In this document: in pieces, positions 42,250 through 54,756 of the stretch
Layout: every line of letters begins with the position of its first letter
How positions within the stretch are numbered: the first letter of the stretch is position 1
From: Eledone cirrhosa
Taxonomy: Eukaryota
Direction of reading: 5' to 3'
NCBI GenBank assembly: GCA_964016885.1
Contig: OZ024741.1
Location: 322,152,001 to 322,216,000, forward strand
DNA length: 64,000 nt
The notes under the pieces: generated by a model
Seen by the model: the letters and a program-made list of their open reading frames with translations, nothing else
Databases searched by the model: none
What the model was told of the DNA's origin: nothing
Translations under genes and position numbers: made by a program

Positions 42250-42783
42250 TTACATATACACATACACATATATATAGATACATACATACACAAAATAAAA
42301 ATAAAAGGAAAGAAGGGGTATTCAAATAGTAGGGCATACGACAAATAAAAAATAAAGGTATAAATGCTGATTAAGAGCACTCAACAGTTCCTGGAGCAAA
42401 TGTAAGCATTTGCTTACCACGTGCGTTTGGTCATTTATTATTATTATTATTTTTATTATTTTTATTTTAGATTTTGCCGTCTTGTATCGCTGTCAACTTA
42501 ATAATATTTTTATTTTTTTATTTTCTTAATCCTTATTTTTTATTTGCTTATTTGTATGTGACGGCCTACTATGATTATTTATCCTTATTTGTGTGTGTGC
42601 ATATGTATCCTTTTATATGTGAGTACGTATGCATGTGTATATATGTGTGTATGTATGTGTGTGTGTATGTATGTATGTGTATGTGTATATATATGTATAT
42701 ATATATATATATATATAGTTTTAATATAGATGAGATTCTACAGGACTAGAACTGTTTCATTCTTTAGAAATCATCAGGAATCA

Positions 42784-42836
42784 GAGATTCCTGATGATTT
42801 CTAAAGAATGAAACAGTTCTAGTCCTGTAGAATCTC
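42784..42836 (+). ncRNA. Type I hammerhead ribozyme inside a perfect 66-bp-arm palindrome (42717-42851)
   Basis: GAGATTC-CTGATGA-TTTCT-AA-AGAAT-GAA-ACAG-TTCTAGTC-CTGT-A-GAATCTC. Confidence 0.82.
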
Positions 42837-43811
42837 ATCTATATTAAAACTTTTATACTCTGCTATGTATTGAGTACCTTACTTACTGTGGTTACCTCCG
42901 ATTCAACCTGGAATAACGTATATATATATATATGTATATATATATATGTATATATATATATATGTATATATATTTATGTATATATATATGTGTATGTGTG
43001 TGCATGTATATATATATGTATATATATATAATATATATATGCAGAGGTTATATCTAATTTGTTGGGATTCAACAAGCTTAAACATTTTTATAACTGATAT
43101 AAAGCACTCAACAAATTAGTGGAGTAAATACACAATATATTAATAAATGGAAACTATATTTAGAAAACCATATTTATTTTATTATAAATATTTCAAGGGC
43201 AACCAAGGTGCGCTTTCATCAGATAAAATACAGATTTGTTTTATAAATAAGTATTGACATACCCGGAAAAAAGACAACCTTAACGGTTGGAGCTTCCTGG
43301 ATAGTGGAGATAGTACATTTATTGAGGGTAATACAAAGTTATGAGTGAGTATGCAAATGAGTGTCCGAAAGGTTGAAAAGATAACGGTTTATTTAAATTA
43401 AACTGTTGGAAGAAGATGATATGTAAGGGAGAGTGAAAAAAAAAAGAAAAAAGAAAAAAGAAAAAAGAAAAAAGAAAAAAAAGAAAGAAGAAAAAAGAAA
43501 GGAGAAAGATAGAAGGGGAAATAAAGAACGATTATACATATTGATAGTGAAGATAGCGTGAAAGAAGAAATAAGTTTCAAAGGAGAAATAAGTTTCAAAA
43601 CGTAATGAACCCTGCATTATAAATATTATTCTTCCACGTTAATCTTATTTCTTCTTTCACTTAGATATACTTACGCGGTGTATATTTCTCCTTTGAAACT
43701 TATTTCTTCTTTCACGCTATCTTCACTATCAATATGTATAATCGTTCTTTCCTTCCTCTTCTATCTTTCTCCTTTGTTTTTTCTTATTTTCTTTTTTTTT
43801 TCTTTTTTTTT

Positions 43812-43843
<32 letters not shown>

Positions 43844-44603
43844 CTTTTTTTTTCTTTTTTTTTCTTTTTTTCTTCTTTTTTTTTCTTTTTTTCTTCTTTT
43901 CTTTTCTTTTTTCTTTTTTTTTCTCTCTCCCTTACATATCATCTTCTTCCAACAGTTTAATTTAAATAAACCGTTATCTTTTCAACCTTTCGGACATCAT
44001 TTGCATACTCACTCATAACTTTGTATCACCCTCAATAGATGTACTATCTCCACTATCCAGGAAGCTCCAACCGTTAAGGTTGTCTTTTTTCCGGGTATGT
44101 CAATATTTATTTATAAAACAAATCTGTATTTTATCTGATGAAAGCGCACCATAATTTGCCTTGGTTGCCCTTGAAATATGTATAATAAAATAAATATGGT
44201 TTTATAAATATAGTTTCCATTTATTAATATATTGTACATTTACTCCACTAATTTGTTGAGTGCTTTATATCAGTTATAAAAAAATGTTTAAGCTTGTTGA
44301 ATCCCAACAAATTAAATATAACCTCTGCATATATATGGATATATATATATATATATATATATGTATATGTGTGTGTATATGTGTCTCTGTGTATATATAT
44401 GTGTATATATGCGTGTATATATGTATGTATATATGTATATATGTGTGTATATGTGAGTGTGTGTGCGTGTTTGTGTGTACGTGTGTGTTGTTATATATTC
44501 TTATTTATTATTCCCCCTCCCCCTTTTTTTTCCTACAGCCTCACTTTCATATCTGTTATATTTTTGTTTTTCAAATCCACTGTCAATAAAGATACCAGGA
44601 TTT

Positions 44604-44663
44604 TTTCATTCTGATGAATGAAAGCAATTTTGGTTGCTTTAAAGAAACCACTTGTAAATGAAA
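44604..44663 (+). ncRNA. Type I hammerhead ribozyme
   Basis: TTTCATT-CTGATGA-..AAAGCAAT/GTTGCTTT..-GAAAC-CACTT-GTA-AATGAAA. Confidence 0.8.
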
Positions 44664-44692
44664 TAATAATCTTATGTTGTTTATTACATTAC

Positions 44693-44777
<85 letters not shown>

Positions 44778-44889
44778 GATTTAACATACATAGATACATA
44801 TATACACATAAAAACACCTGTATAACTATCATATCTATTTAAGTCGTCCACTCTAGTTGTAGTAATGAAATATAGGTGTTATGTATGGT

Positions 44890-44972
<83 letters not shown>

Positions 44973-45121
44973 TATATATATTTATACATATATATAAATC
45001 ATATATATATATTTATGTGTACTCAACGATACATACACACACACATATATATATGTGTGTGTGTGTCAGTGTATACTAAAGGCAAAACGATACAATACGA
45101 TGAAGATATATATTAGTTATA

Positions 45122-45536
45122 TATGATATTAAATAAATGGAAACTATATTTATAAAACCATATTTATTTCATTATATATATTTCAGGGATATCATATTAA
45201 CAATATGTTATGCCTTCTTCAGACAAAATACAATATAAACAGTCTTATAAATAAATAGATACGACATACCTTTCAATCGACTTGCATTTGTGAAGTTGAT
45301 TTGGCAGTAAAAAATATTGTGGACAGTTGTAAAAAGAAAGAGAGAAAGAAAGAAAGAAAGAAAAAACGAAGAAAAAGAAGAAATGCATGTGACTAAATAT
45401 AGAGAGATATAGAAAGATAGATAAAGAGAAGAACTTCATGTAAAGAAATAGAGAGAGATATATAGAGAGAGGAAAAAAGAAAGAGATAGATAGAGATAGA
45501 TAGAGAAACTAGGTAGTTGAGTATCAGTTGATACAT

Positions 45537-45567
<31 letters not shown>

Positions 45568-48290
45568 GCTCTAGTATTAATGTAAAGAGAGATGTATGTA
45601 GTTAAGAGAGAAAATAGCCGTTATATAGAGAGAAAAAAGAGAAAATGAAAAAGAGAAAATGAAAAATAACCAGACATAAAACGAGGCAGAATTTAAAAAC
45701 CCTATGTTTCATCATGTAGAAAATATTAGTTCGTATAAAACAGGCACTATAATGTAAATATCAGTATTCATGAATGAGACATGTATCTATAATGTGTGAA
45801 AAGTAATGATCTTATGTCTAGTTTTTAAAAATTCATATGTTTATATCATAATTATAAACAAACTCCCAATTCACACGAAAACATTCTCATTGTGCTATAA
45901 AAATTCAAGTATACATATATGTGTGTATATATACACATATATATAGAGTCTATATTAATTTTAACAATACTATTCTTGTCTTTACTCTACATGATTGTCG
46001 ATCAAGCAGAAATAGAGAACAGATTTCAATATATTAATAAAAATAAAATAAAAATAAAATAAAAATAAAAATATCAGGGACAAGAAAATAAATAAATAAA
46101 CAGAAAACTAAAACATTTAATATTAAAAATAAAAATATTACAAAATATTAAAAAATAATAAAGATAGAACATAGTATGCCACGCAAATCGGCCACAAAGA
46201 TCAGCCTTTCAAATTTAATTGACAATATATTGCCAAGTTCATCATAAGCATCAGAGTCGAAACAGATAAAACAAAAATTATTTACCAAATCCTGTCTAGC
46301 AGAAATCATTCCAAAAGTTTAGGATACCCGTTTGGTCTACATATGTTCTTATATTTAATATAGAAGTTTATCTAGTGTAAAATTTAATTCGATATATTTG
46401 GAGCATCAGCTTTTAGGGTAGTTTAATTATTCATGAAAAATGTTCTAATAAAAAGAATGTTTTAATAAAAAGAAGAAATCGAAAGATTTATCGGCTAGTT
46501 TCATAAATAATTAGAAATCAAATCAAACATAACTACATTTTAAATTTAAATTTATAGTTAAACGTTGAGTTCAATCTATGTTTGCAGCAACTGAATAAAT
46601 TTGTCCGTAGATTAAGGGAATTTTTAGATTTTAGTATAAAGAATATCTCCTCCGCACAGAGGTCACATGTCTCAGAGGATGAATTAAAAGGAATCCCTCT
46701 TGAAACTATATTCCAAGTCGTCGAATATCTAACGTTATCATGCCTAAGTTGCCAGAGTACGCCTGATAGTGCTGTTGAAGATTTTTTGGATGGATCTGTG
46801 AAAGAATTCTTGTGGTTGTTATAGCGAAGTTTAAATTCCGTCGATGTGGAACCAACGTAGTTAAAAGAATTAACGTCCGTTTTAACATTACAGTTGTATA
46901 TTATATTTTTAACTAAGCAGTTGTTATTTAACGGACATTTAGATCTATCTCTACAGTTACATTTGTTCACTTGGATATTATTTATGCTATTATCGCTAGG
47001 TTTTAAGTTCCTATTATTTATTCTATTAATATTTTGTGCTAAATTTTTGGTGGATGAGTAGGTTAATTTTATAGTATGTCTATTGAAAATTGAGTGATAT
47101 CTATGTGCTCTAGGGAAGCGATTATCAAGAGCTTTAAAAAATAGTTTAGCGATGTGGGTTTTAATGTTTAGTGAGAAAGGGGGGGCAAACCATATTATAT
47201 TCCTAGTTCTATTTCTTTTATGGCTTTTGGAATTATTGTAATGCTTTCTATTATAGTTGTTAAGGTTGTGGCCGTAATTAAAATAGTTGTTATTTTGTTT
47301 AATTTGTTTATCATTATCTATGTACATAATTTTATCACTATATCCTGCTCTAGCTAACGCTTCATTGTAATAATTAATATAGACTCTATATATATGTGTA
47401 TATATACACACATATATGTATACTTGAATTTTTATAGCACAATGAGAATGTTTTCGTGTGAATTGGGAGTTTGTTTATAATTATGATATAAACATATGAA
47501 TTTTTAAAAACTAGACATAAGATCATTACTTTTCACACATTATAGATACATGTCTCATTCATGAATACTGATATTTACATTATAGTGCCTGTTTTATACG
47601 AACTAATATTTTCTACATGATGAAACATAGGGTTTTTAAATTCTGCCTCGTTTTATGTCTGGTTATTTTTCATTTTCTCTTTTTCATTTTCTCTTTTTTC
47701 TCTCTATATAACGGCTATTTTCTCTCTTAACTACATACATCTCTCTTTACATTAATACTAGAGCTAAATAAATAAATAAATAAATAAATAAATGTATCAA
47801 CTGATACTCAACTACCTAGTTTCTCTATCTATCTCTATCTATCTCTTTCTTTTTTCCTCTCTCTATATATCTCTCTCTATTTCTTTACATGAAGTTCTTC
47901 TCTTTATCTATCTTTCTATATCTCTCTATATTTAGTCACATGCATTTCTTCTTTTTCTTCGTTTTTTCTTTCTTTCTTTCTTTCTCTCTTTCTTTTTACA
48001 ACTGTCCACAATATTTTTTACTGCCAAATCAACTTCACAAATGCAAGTCGATTGAAAGGTATGTCGTATCTATTTATTTATAAGACTGTTTATATTGTAT
48101 TTTGTCTGAAGCAGGCATAACATATTGTTAATATGATATCCCTGAAATATATATAATGAAATAAATATGGTTTTATAAATATAGTTTCCATTTATTTAAT
48201 ATCATAAATATACTCCAAATACTTGTTGAGTGCTTTTATATCAGTTATAAATATTTACTCGTTGTTAACCCAACAATTTAAATATAACTT
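45122..48290 (-). mobile_element. 5'-truncated Penelope-like element with an inverted pseudo-LTR
   Basis: About 835-bp inverted arms 45122-45960/47372-48206 flank a GIY-YIG ORF and 3'UTR; HHR at 45165-45230 (-, CTGAAGA) and 48098-48163 (+, CTGAAGC variant). Confidence 0.88.
46533..47371 (-). CDS. C-terminal linker plus GIY-YIG endonuclease of a PLE (5'-truncated; RT missing)
   Basis: RNIIWFAPPFS...IFNRHTIKLTYS...CNCRDRSKCPLNNNC...IIYNC...YVGSTSTEFKLRYNNH...CDLCAEE...LN...CKH. The Met at 47411 comes from the inverted arm. Confidence 0.88.
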
Positions 48291-48382
48291 TCCATGTATT
48301 AGTTATATATATATATATGCAACCATACATAACACCAATATTTCATTGCTACAACTAGAGTGGACGGCTTAAATAGATATAA

Positions 48383-49501
48383 CTAGCTGACGTACCCAGC
48401 TTCGCCCGGGTAAACAGATGATAAGAGAAGACAGGTAAAAGAGAAAATGACTGTATTGGATGTTTGTCTGGTTACAGTATGAGGCGAGTCCGTGGTGTCT
48501 GTGTGATACAGAAAACAGTAAAAAAAATCCTCCAGATATACCAGATTCTTCGTTGTACCGTTTGTGCATAGTATATGAACAATTCTAGGTGCTCCTATCT
48601 AGAATAGTGACCTCTAGGAGATGGTTCATCTTCTGCCTGACTGTAAAACGTGTATCATTGCATAGACGTGGTTGTTCCACGTTTCTCAAAAGGATGATGG
48701 AAGTTCCAATCTTTTATATTATATGTAGATATAGATATAGATAATTAATATAAAAGATGATGCTCAGCCAGTTCGTCTTCAACCATCGCAGCACGCCGTC
48801 GCTGCTTGGCTCCAGTGTTTCGTTGGCGTTGTTCAGCAACTCCTCTTCGTTCATGGCGGCACGTCTTCGCCTCTGAAGTTCGGCGTTCCGATGGCGCTGT
48901 TCTGCCCGTTTTTCTTCATTCCTGGCTGCACGCCGTCGCCGCTGTAGTTCACTGTTTGATAAAGTCGAATTGCTTTTATTATCAGTATTCATTTCGAGCA
49001 ATTGTAAAAAAATGACACAATAATAAATATAAAAGATGTCCGTCAATGTAAAAAGGTCCCTATTTACTCCCTTCACAACTCTGACTGACAGACATGCACA
49101 CAGACAGATAAACTGCGTGGCGATTGTGGAACGCCCCACGTACACACACATATACGCATGGAAACGCGCACACGCACGCAAACTTACACACGCACCAGTG
49201 CACTTACACACACTTACACACACACATGTTGATAGTTTTTACTTTCTGTGGAACACTGCACGCACGCACACACACATAAACATACACGCACGTACATACA
49301 CATGCACACATGGTAATAGTTACAGCGTTCACTTTGCCTCTCTGTTTCTTACTCTCCCCTCTCACTCCCTCATTGGCATTATGCGTTTTAATTCAAGTTT
49401 GGCGTCGTTGAGGTGGGTGGAGTCGTTTGAAACCTATAAACCAATGATAATCGAGAATTATGACACACGGAATACTGATGTTGTTGAAATTAATATATAG
49501 A
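48383..49501 (-). mobile_element. Internally deleted Helitron
   Basis: Minus strand 3' end: hairpin CCCGGGC-GAA-GCTGGG then CTAG|T. PIF1 helicase remnant KIGTSIILLRNVEQPRLCNDTRFTV...LLEVTIL and C-terminal IGAPRIVHILCTNGTTKNLVY (about 48530-48712). Arg/Glu coiled-coil repeat about 48790-48993. Candidate 5' end A|TCTATATATT at 49501. Confidence 0.8.
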
Positions 49502-49693
49502 TAGTTATACAGGTGTTTTTCTTCGCAGCTAATATATCTTACCTGCCTTTCGAGAAGAAATGCTTTGAAATGGTATACATATTGGTCTAGGAGTCCGCTA
49601 AATAACATATTTTGAGAATGTTCTCAGCAGTCTCTATAAAATGGCATCTTCCTGCATTGATATTCCGCACATGTGCAGATAGTCAAAAGCATT

Positions 49694-49804
<111 letters not shown>

Positions 49805-49821
49805 GCACGCACGCACACACG

Positions 49822-49900
<79 letters not shown>

Positions 49901-50167
49901 GATGTGTATATATCTATATGCACACATACATATATACGAATGAACGTATGTATGAATGTAAACATATGTATGCATGTAAATATTCAAACATTTCAATTAA
50001 TTGATTTTAATGGAGATTTCTTATAGCTTGTGGTGAGTTTTAGATTTTAAACATCCCAGAGAGAGTTTTTCTCTGCTAATTGCATAGATAATTCCAATCG
50101 GAGTTTTTTTTTAACTGAATGTATTGGACAGAACATGTAAGATTTCTATATATATATATAGACCCAG

Positions 50168-50205
<38 letters not shown>

Positions 50206-50410
50206 GACTGGGTCTAAAAATATTGGTTGCCAGCGATGAAAGGGGGAGGGGGACACACCTACATATCATTTAATTTTTATAATGAATAAATAACATTTTC
50301 AAAAAATACATAAGTGGAAACAAAACAGTGCAATCAAATTTTTGCGGAAAAATATCTTACCTTCTCCAATAAAAAATATGTATTTTGCGAAATACAGAGA
50401 CTTTCAATAA

Positions 50411-50872
50411 TGACCAGAAGTCGATGCTAAATATTACTAATAGCTCTAGGAAAGCCATGAAAGACGCCACATCTATTTAACTTTGATTTTGAAAGTAGTT
50501 TTATAATTATCAATTTTTGTAGTTGTCGCAGTGGCCTACTTGGAGGAATCATAGCCGATGGTGACCCTGGTTTGAAGTTCGATCCTGGTCGGGAGTAGGG
50601 TTCCCAGTAAACCTTTTTAGTTTTTTCTATGGGTTGAAAAATAAAAACTGAAAAAAAAAGGTTACGTGTACCTCTTGACCAGGATTGAATCCAAGGTCAT
50701 GATGTCCAGCGTATCTAGTACCTACCGCTAGGCCACAGAGACAATTACGAAAATCTTTTAAAAATTCATACTTATAAACTTACTTTCAAAATTTTCAAAA
50801 CAAAGAGTTGTGGTGTCGTTCATGTCTTTCTTAATGTTATTGCTCCTACTTCAGGTCGACTTCTAAATCATT
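50411..50872. repeat. Old palindromic element with two convergent tRNA-like (A box/B box) units
   Basis: Degenerate inverted arms about 50411-50626/50640-50872; see findings. Confidence 0.65.
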
Positions 50873-50965
50873 TGGGTGTTCCATAAACAGCATCCTCGTT
50901 TTGTTTCTCATCTATCTTGACTACATTTTAACCTGCAATCCATGTTTCATTTCTGTTCCACCTCA

Positions 50966-51026
<61 letters not shown>

Positions 51027-51170
51027 ATTTCTCTCTCTCTCTCTCCCCCCTCCCCTCTCTCTCTCTTTCTTTCTTTCTCTCTGTGATATTTGAATCTACT
51101 ATGATTTGGGCTTACCTTATTCCTATATATATGTTTTTGCATGTCAGTTAGATTCAAACTTACAATGATT

Positions 51171-51590
<420 letters not shown>

Positions 51591-52599
51591 TGTGTGTATA
51601 TATATATTTTTTGCTACAATATTTTCTATACCTTTCATTTATATATATATATATATATATATTTATATAATAAGGAGTTGACGTACCCAGCATATTTATC
51701 AATGTGAGTGTGTGTGTGTGTGCGTTTATGACACGCAATCTAGCGGTTCCACAAAAAGTGATCTTTAAAAATAAATACCAGACTTGAAAAATGTATTGGG
51801 GCCGCTTTGATTGGCTTTAAAGCGGTACACCAACATTACCTCAGTCTAATTGCTGAAACCAATGAAAAATAATAGAATATATATTTATCTCTCGGTGTTT
51901 GTGTGTGTGTGTGTAGGTTTGTGTGTTTGTATTTGTGTGCATACATATGTATATGAGCGAGTCAGCCTCTGTGTTTGTGTAAGACGAGAAGCTAAAAGTA
52001 AAGTAGAAAACAACTTGAGACTAAGCAATATTTTTTGATGGCATTATATAATCATTAATATTCAGGTACATTTTATTCTAGATATGGTTACATCGTCCTT
52101 CTATAATTGTTATTGTTGTTTTAAGTTATTTCTGTAACTTTTCTTGTCTTTTCACCTGCTAATATAAAATTGTTATTTCCACATCTCTTTACTATTCTTA
52201 AAGAAATCTGCTCTGTTATTGTTGGATTATTTATTCAAAATTGTTGGCCTTACGTCTAAATCAGAAACCATTATTATCAATAATTATCCCTTTGTAATGG
52301 TGTCGCATTTTAAACGTTAAAACAACATACATATTGCCAGCTTTGGGGCATTTTAGCGTGCTGTTATTGTTAATTTGTTTGTTGAATGTGTAGACAACGA
52401 AATGAAATGAAATTGAATGTGGCTTTAAAAAGAACATAAAACGCCGTATATATATATAAGATAAAATATGTATAATATATATTTATACTTAGTATATATT
52501 ATATTATTTATTATTTATAAATTAACGATTTTATTCATTATATATTATTTACAATTTGCGTGTAGGCAGGTCTCTCTGGAAATAGGGGTGGGGGCGCTG

Positions 52600-52940
52600 A
52601 GGGAGAGGTGGCCCACAAAGTTTGAGAACTTCTGGGCTAGAGTATCCCCTTGAAGAGTCCCATCCACTATATCGAAATATTCTGTTTCTCCAGCTGGGGT
52701 TAGGACTCGCTATTCCGTGATGATGTATAATGGCTCTTCTTGCTTTAACTATCTTCTCTGGAATGCCATAACGTGACAGTATGTCAAACATTACTTCTCG
52801 GTTGATTGAATCGAATGCTTTGATAAAGTCCACAAAAATGTATTGCCATGGTTCATTCCTTCAATGATTCTCCGCAAGGACAGGCTATGTACAGCTGAGG
52901 AATATCCTCTACGAAGTCCGTGTTGATTTCTTCTCAAAAT
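52600..52940 (-). mobile_element. RTE LINE RT fragment
   Basis: FVDFIKAFDSINREVMFDILSRYGIPEKIVKA. Confidence 0.8.
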
Positions 52941-53345
52941 GTCATTCAGACAAGGAAATAGCATATTTGATCCCTCCCTCGACCAGTTGTAGGCACCTCC
53001 ACAATAATATCACAGGTGCTAGCCTATGAGTTCTATTTTGGTCGACCATGCAGATCACAAATTTGAGATCTGAATGAGCGACCGTTTGGAAATGTGGACA
53101 ACCTATACTATCCTTATCTATTGACCTAATAAAAAAAAATCTATCTATATACGAACTTGATGACCCTATGCGGTTGTGCCAGGTCCACACTGGCACATAA
53201 AGGAAATCAAGTCGGTATTTGTCAGACAGTTAGACCTGGTTTATCAGGTACTTGAGGCTTTTCAAACTCCCGCTCCAATCAGCTACTCCCACACAATCCC
53301 ACGGCGCGTCTAAGATGCCGTACCCGAACAGAAAGAGGACACATC

Positions 53346-53381
<36 letters not shown>

Positions 53382-53550
53382 GTGGTAACAAATTATTGTT
53401 ATAGGTAGTCCACTTAGGTGTAGTCCAGTTATGGTACTCCGAGTAGTGGATAATATCAACGCTTGGCTAAGTTTGACTCAACAAGGCGTTTCCATAGTGA
53501 TGTTGCGAGTACGCTTTAATTCCTATGCTGTAAACACTTGGAGTAATGAT

Positions 53551-53793
53551 AAATCAGGAAAGAGGAGTGACACGGTTTGCTATACAAAAAAGGTTTTTAA
53601 TCTCATTGCTGACAATTGTTTCTCTGAACTGGTAGGTCTAGAGATCGCTATCCGATTGTTTTCACGTTATTCGATCACCAATACATAGTTGTAACCAGTC
53701 AATTCATCGGAGCTGTTCAGAGAAACAATTGTCAGCAATGAGATTAAAAACCTTTTTTGTATAGCAAACCGTGTCACTCTTCTTTCCTGATTT
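53551..53793. mobile_element. Inverted-repeat module with a variant hammerhead on the minus strand
   Basis: Arms 53551-53629/53715-53793; minus strand GCT-CCGATGA-..ACTGG...CCAGT..-GAAAC-AATT-GTC-AGC. Confidence 0.6.
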
Positions 53794-53877
53794 TTATATA
53801 TATATATATATGAAAGACGTAAAATAAGAAAATTTTAAAAATTAAAAATCAACTTACTTACTAATATATATATATAT

Positions 53878-54094
53878 GACAGTCGATTGACTTTCGTCAA
53901 ATCGGACCGAGGAAATAATGTTTCCATTGGTCTTTCCAATTGCTAATACTATCTATCGGTCGCAGCTCCAGGTAGAAGGAGCAACGTGAAATAAAGTGTC
54001 TTGCCCAAGGACATAACGCATCGCCCGGTCCAGTTATCGAACTCACAACCTCACGATTGAGAGTTCAATTTTCTTACCACTCAGCCACGCGCCT
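53878..54094 (-). mobile_element. tRNA-derived CORE-type SINE
   Basis: GGCGCGTGGCTGAGTGGTAAG...GAGTTCGATAAC...GTCCTTGGGCAAGACACTTTA. Confidence 0.8.
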
Positions 54095-54728
54095 TATATA
54101 TATATAAACATCCTTGGAACTTACCAACTTTTCAACCATCCTCTTACGTAATCACCTATATAACTCACCCACACACACACCCCCAAAATTTTTTTTTCTC
54201 CACACGCCACCCACACCCACAACACGCTTAAACCCCACACACACGTGCTTCCCACCACATATTTACACCCTCAGCCTCCTGATTCCTCGCCCCCCACACC
54301 CTATCCACACACGCACAGATACTCCGACCCACAAAAACACCCCCCACACACACCTCTTCCTGAACATGCAACCCCGTTCTTCCCCCAACCCTTACTTTCA
54401 TATACACACACACACACGCACACCTACACACACACACCACCTTCAGCCCTCCCCGCTCGGACACCCCGTCTCCCTCTCCCCACTCCACCCGCCACCACCC
54501 CTACTCACCCCACACCCTTCCACCACCTGTTTACCCCCCTTTTAATTTCAGTTTATTTTGATCATGCCTTTATTTTTAAATTTTCTCATTCCTTGTATTT
54601 TGATCATGCTTTATTTTTATTTTTTATCTTTATTTGTTATTTTTTCATTCGCACCGTTTCCTTTCGCTATATGTCTCTCCACCACTCCCCTACACACCTT
54701 TTGAACTCTGTTCCCACACACTTCTCAC

Positions 54729-54756
54729 CTGAGGAAGGGCTTATGCCCGAAACGTC
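54729..54756 (+). ncRNA. Minimal hammerhead core in the 5' pLTR
   Basis: CTGAGGA-AGGGC-TTAT-GCCC-GAAAC-GTC. Confidence 0.8.

Larger units (their letters stand above)
40500..44328. mobile_element. Three copies of one non-coding hammerhead-bearing repeat: 40500-42008 (+, interrupted), 43023-43590 (-), 43615-44328 (+)
   Basis: Shared body ...CCAGGAAGCTCCAACCGTTAAGG... and HHRs TATTTTAT-CTGATGA...GAAA...ATA-ATAAAATA at 40915-40980, 43175-43230 (-), 44127-44192. Confidence 0.8.

Noticed and set aside
41931-42380. Long ORFs of YI/CV/HT/SL repeats, here and throughout the window
   Set aside because: Translations of dinucleotide microsatellites.
54010-54094. tRNA gene
   Set aside because: A and B boxes continue into a CORE SINE body with no acceptor-stem closure; it is a SINE head, not a tRNA.
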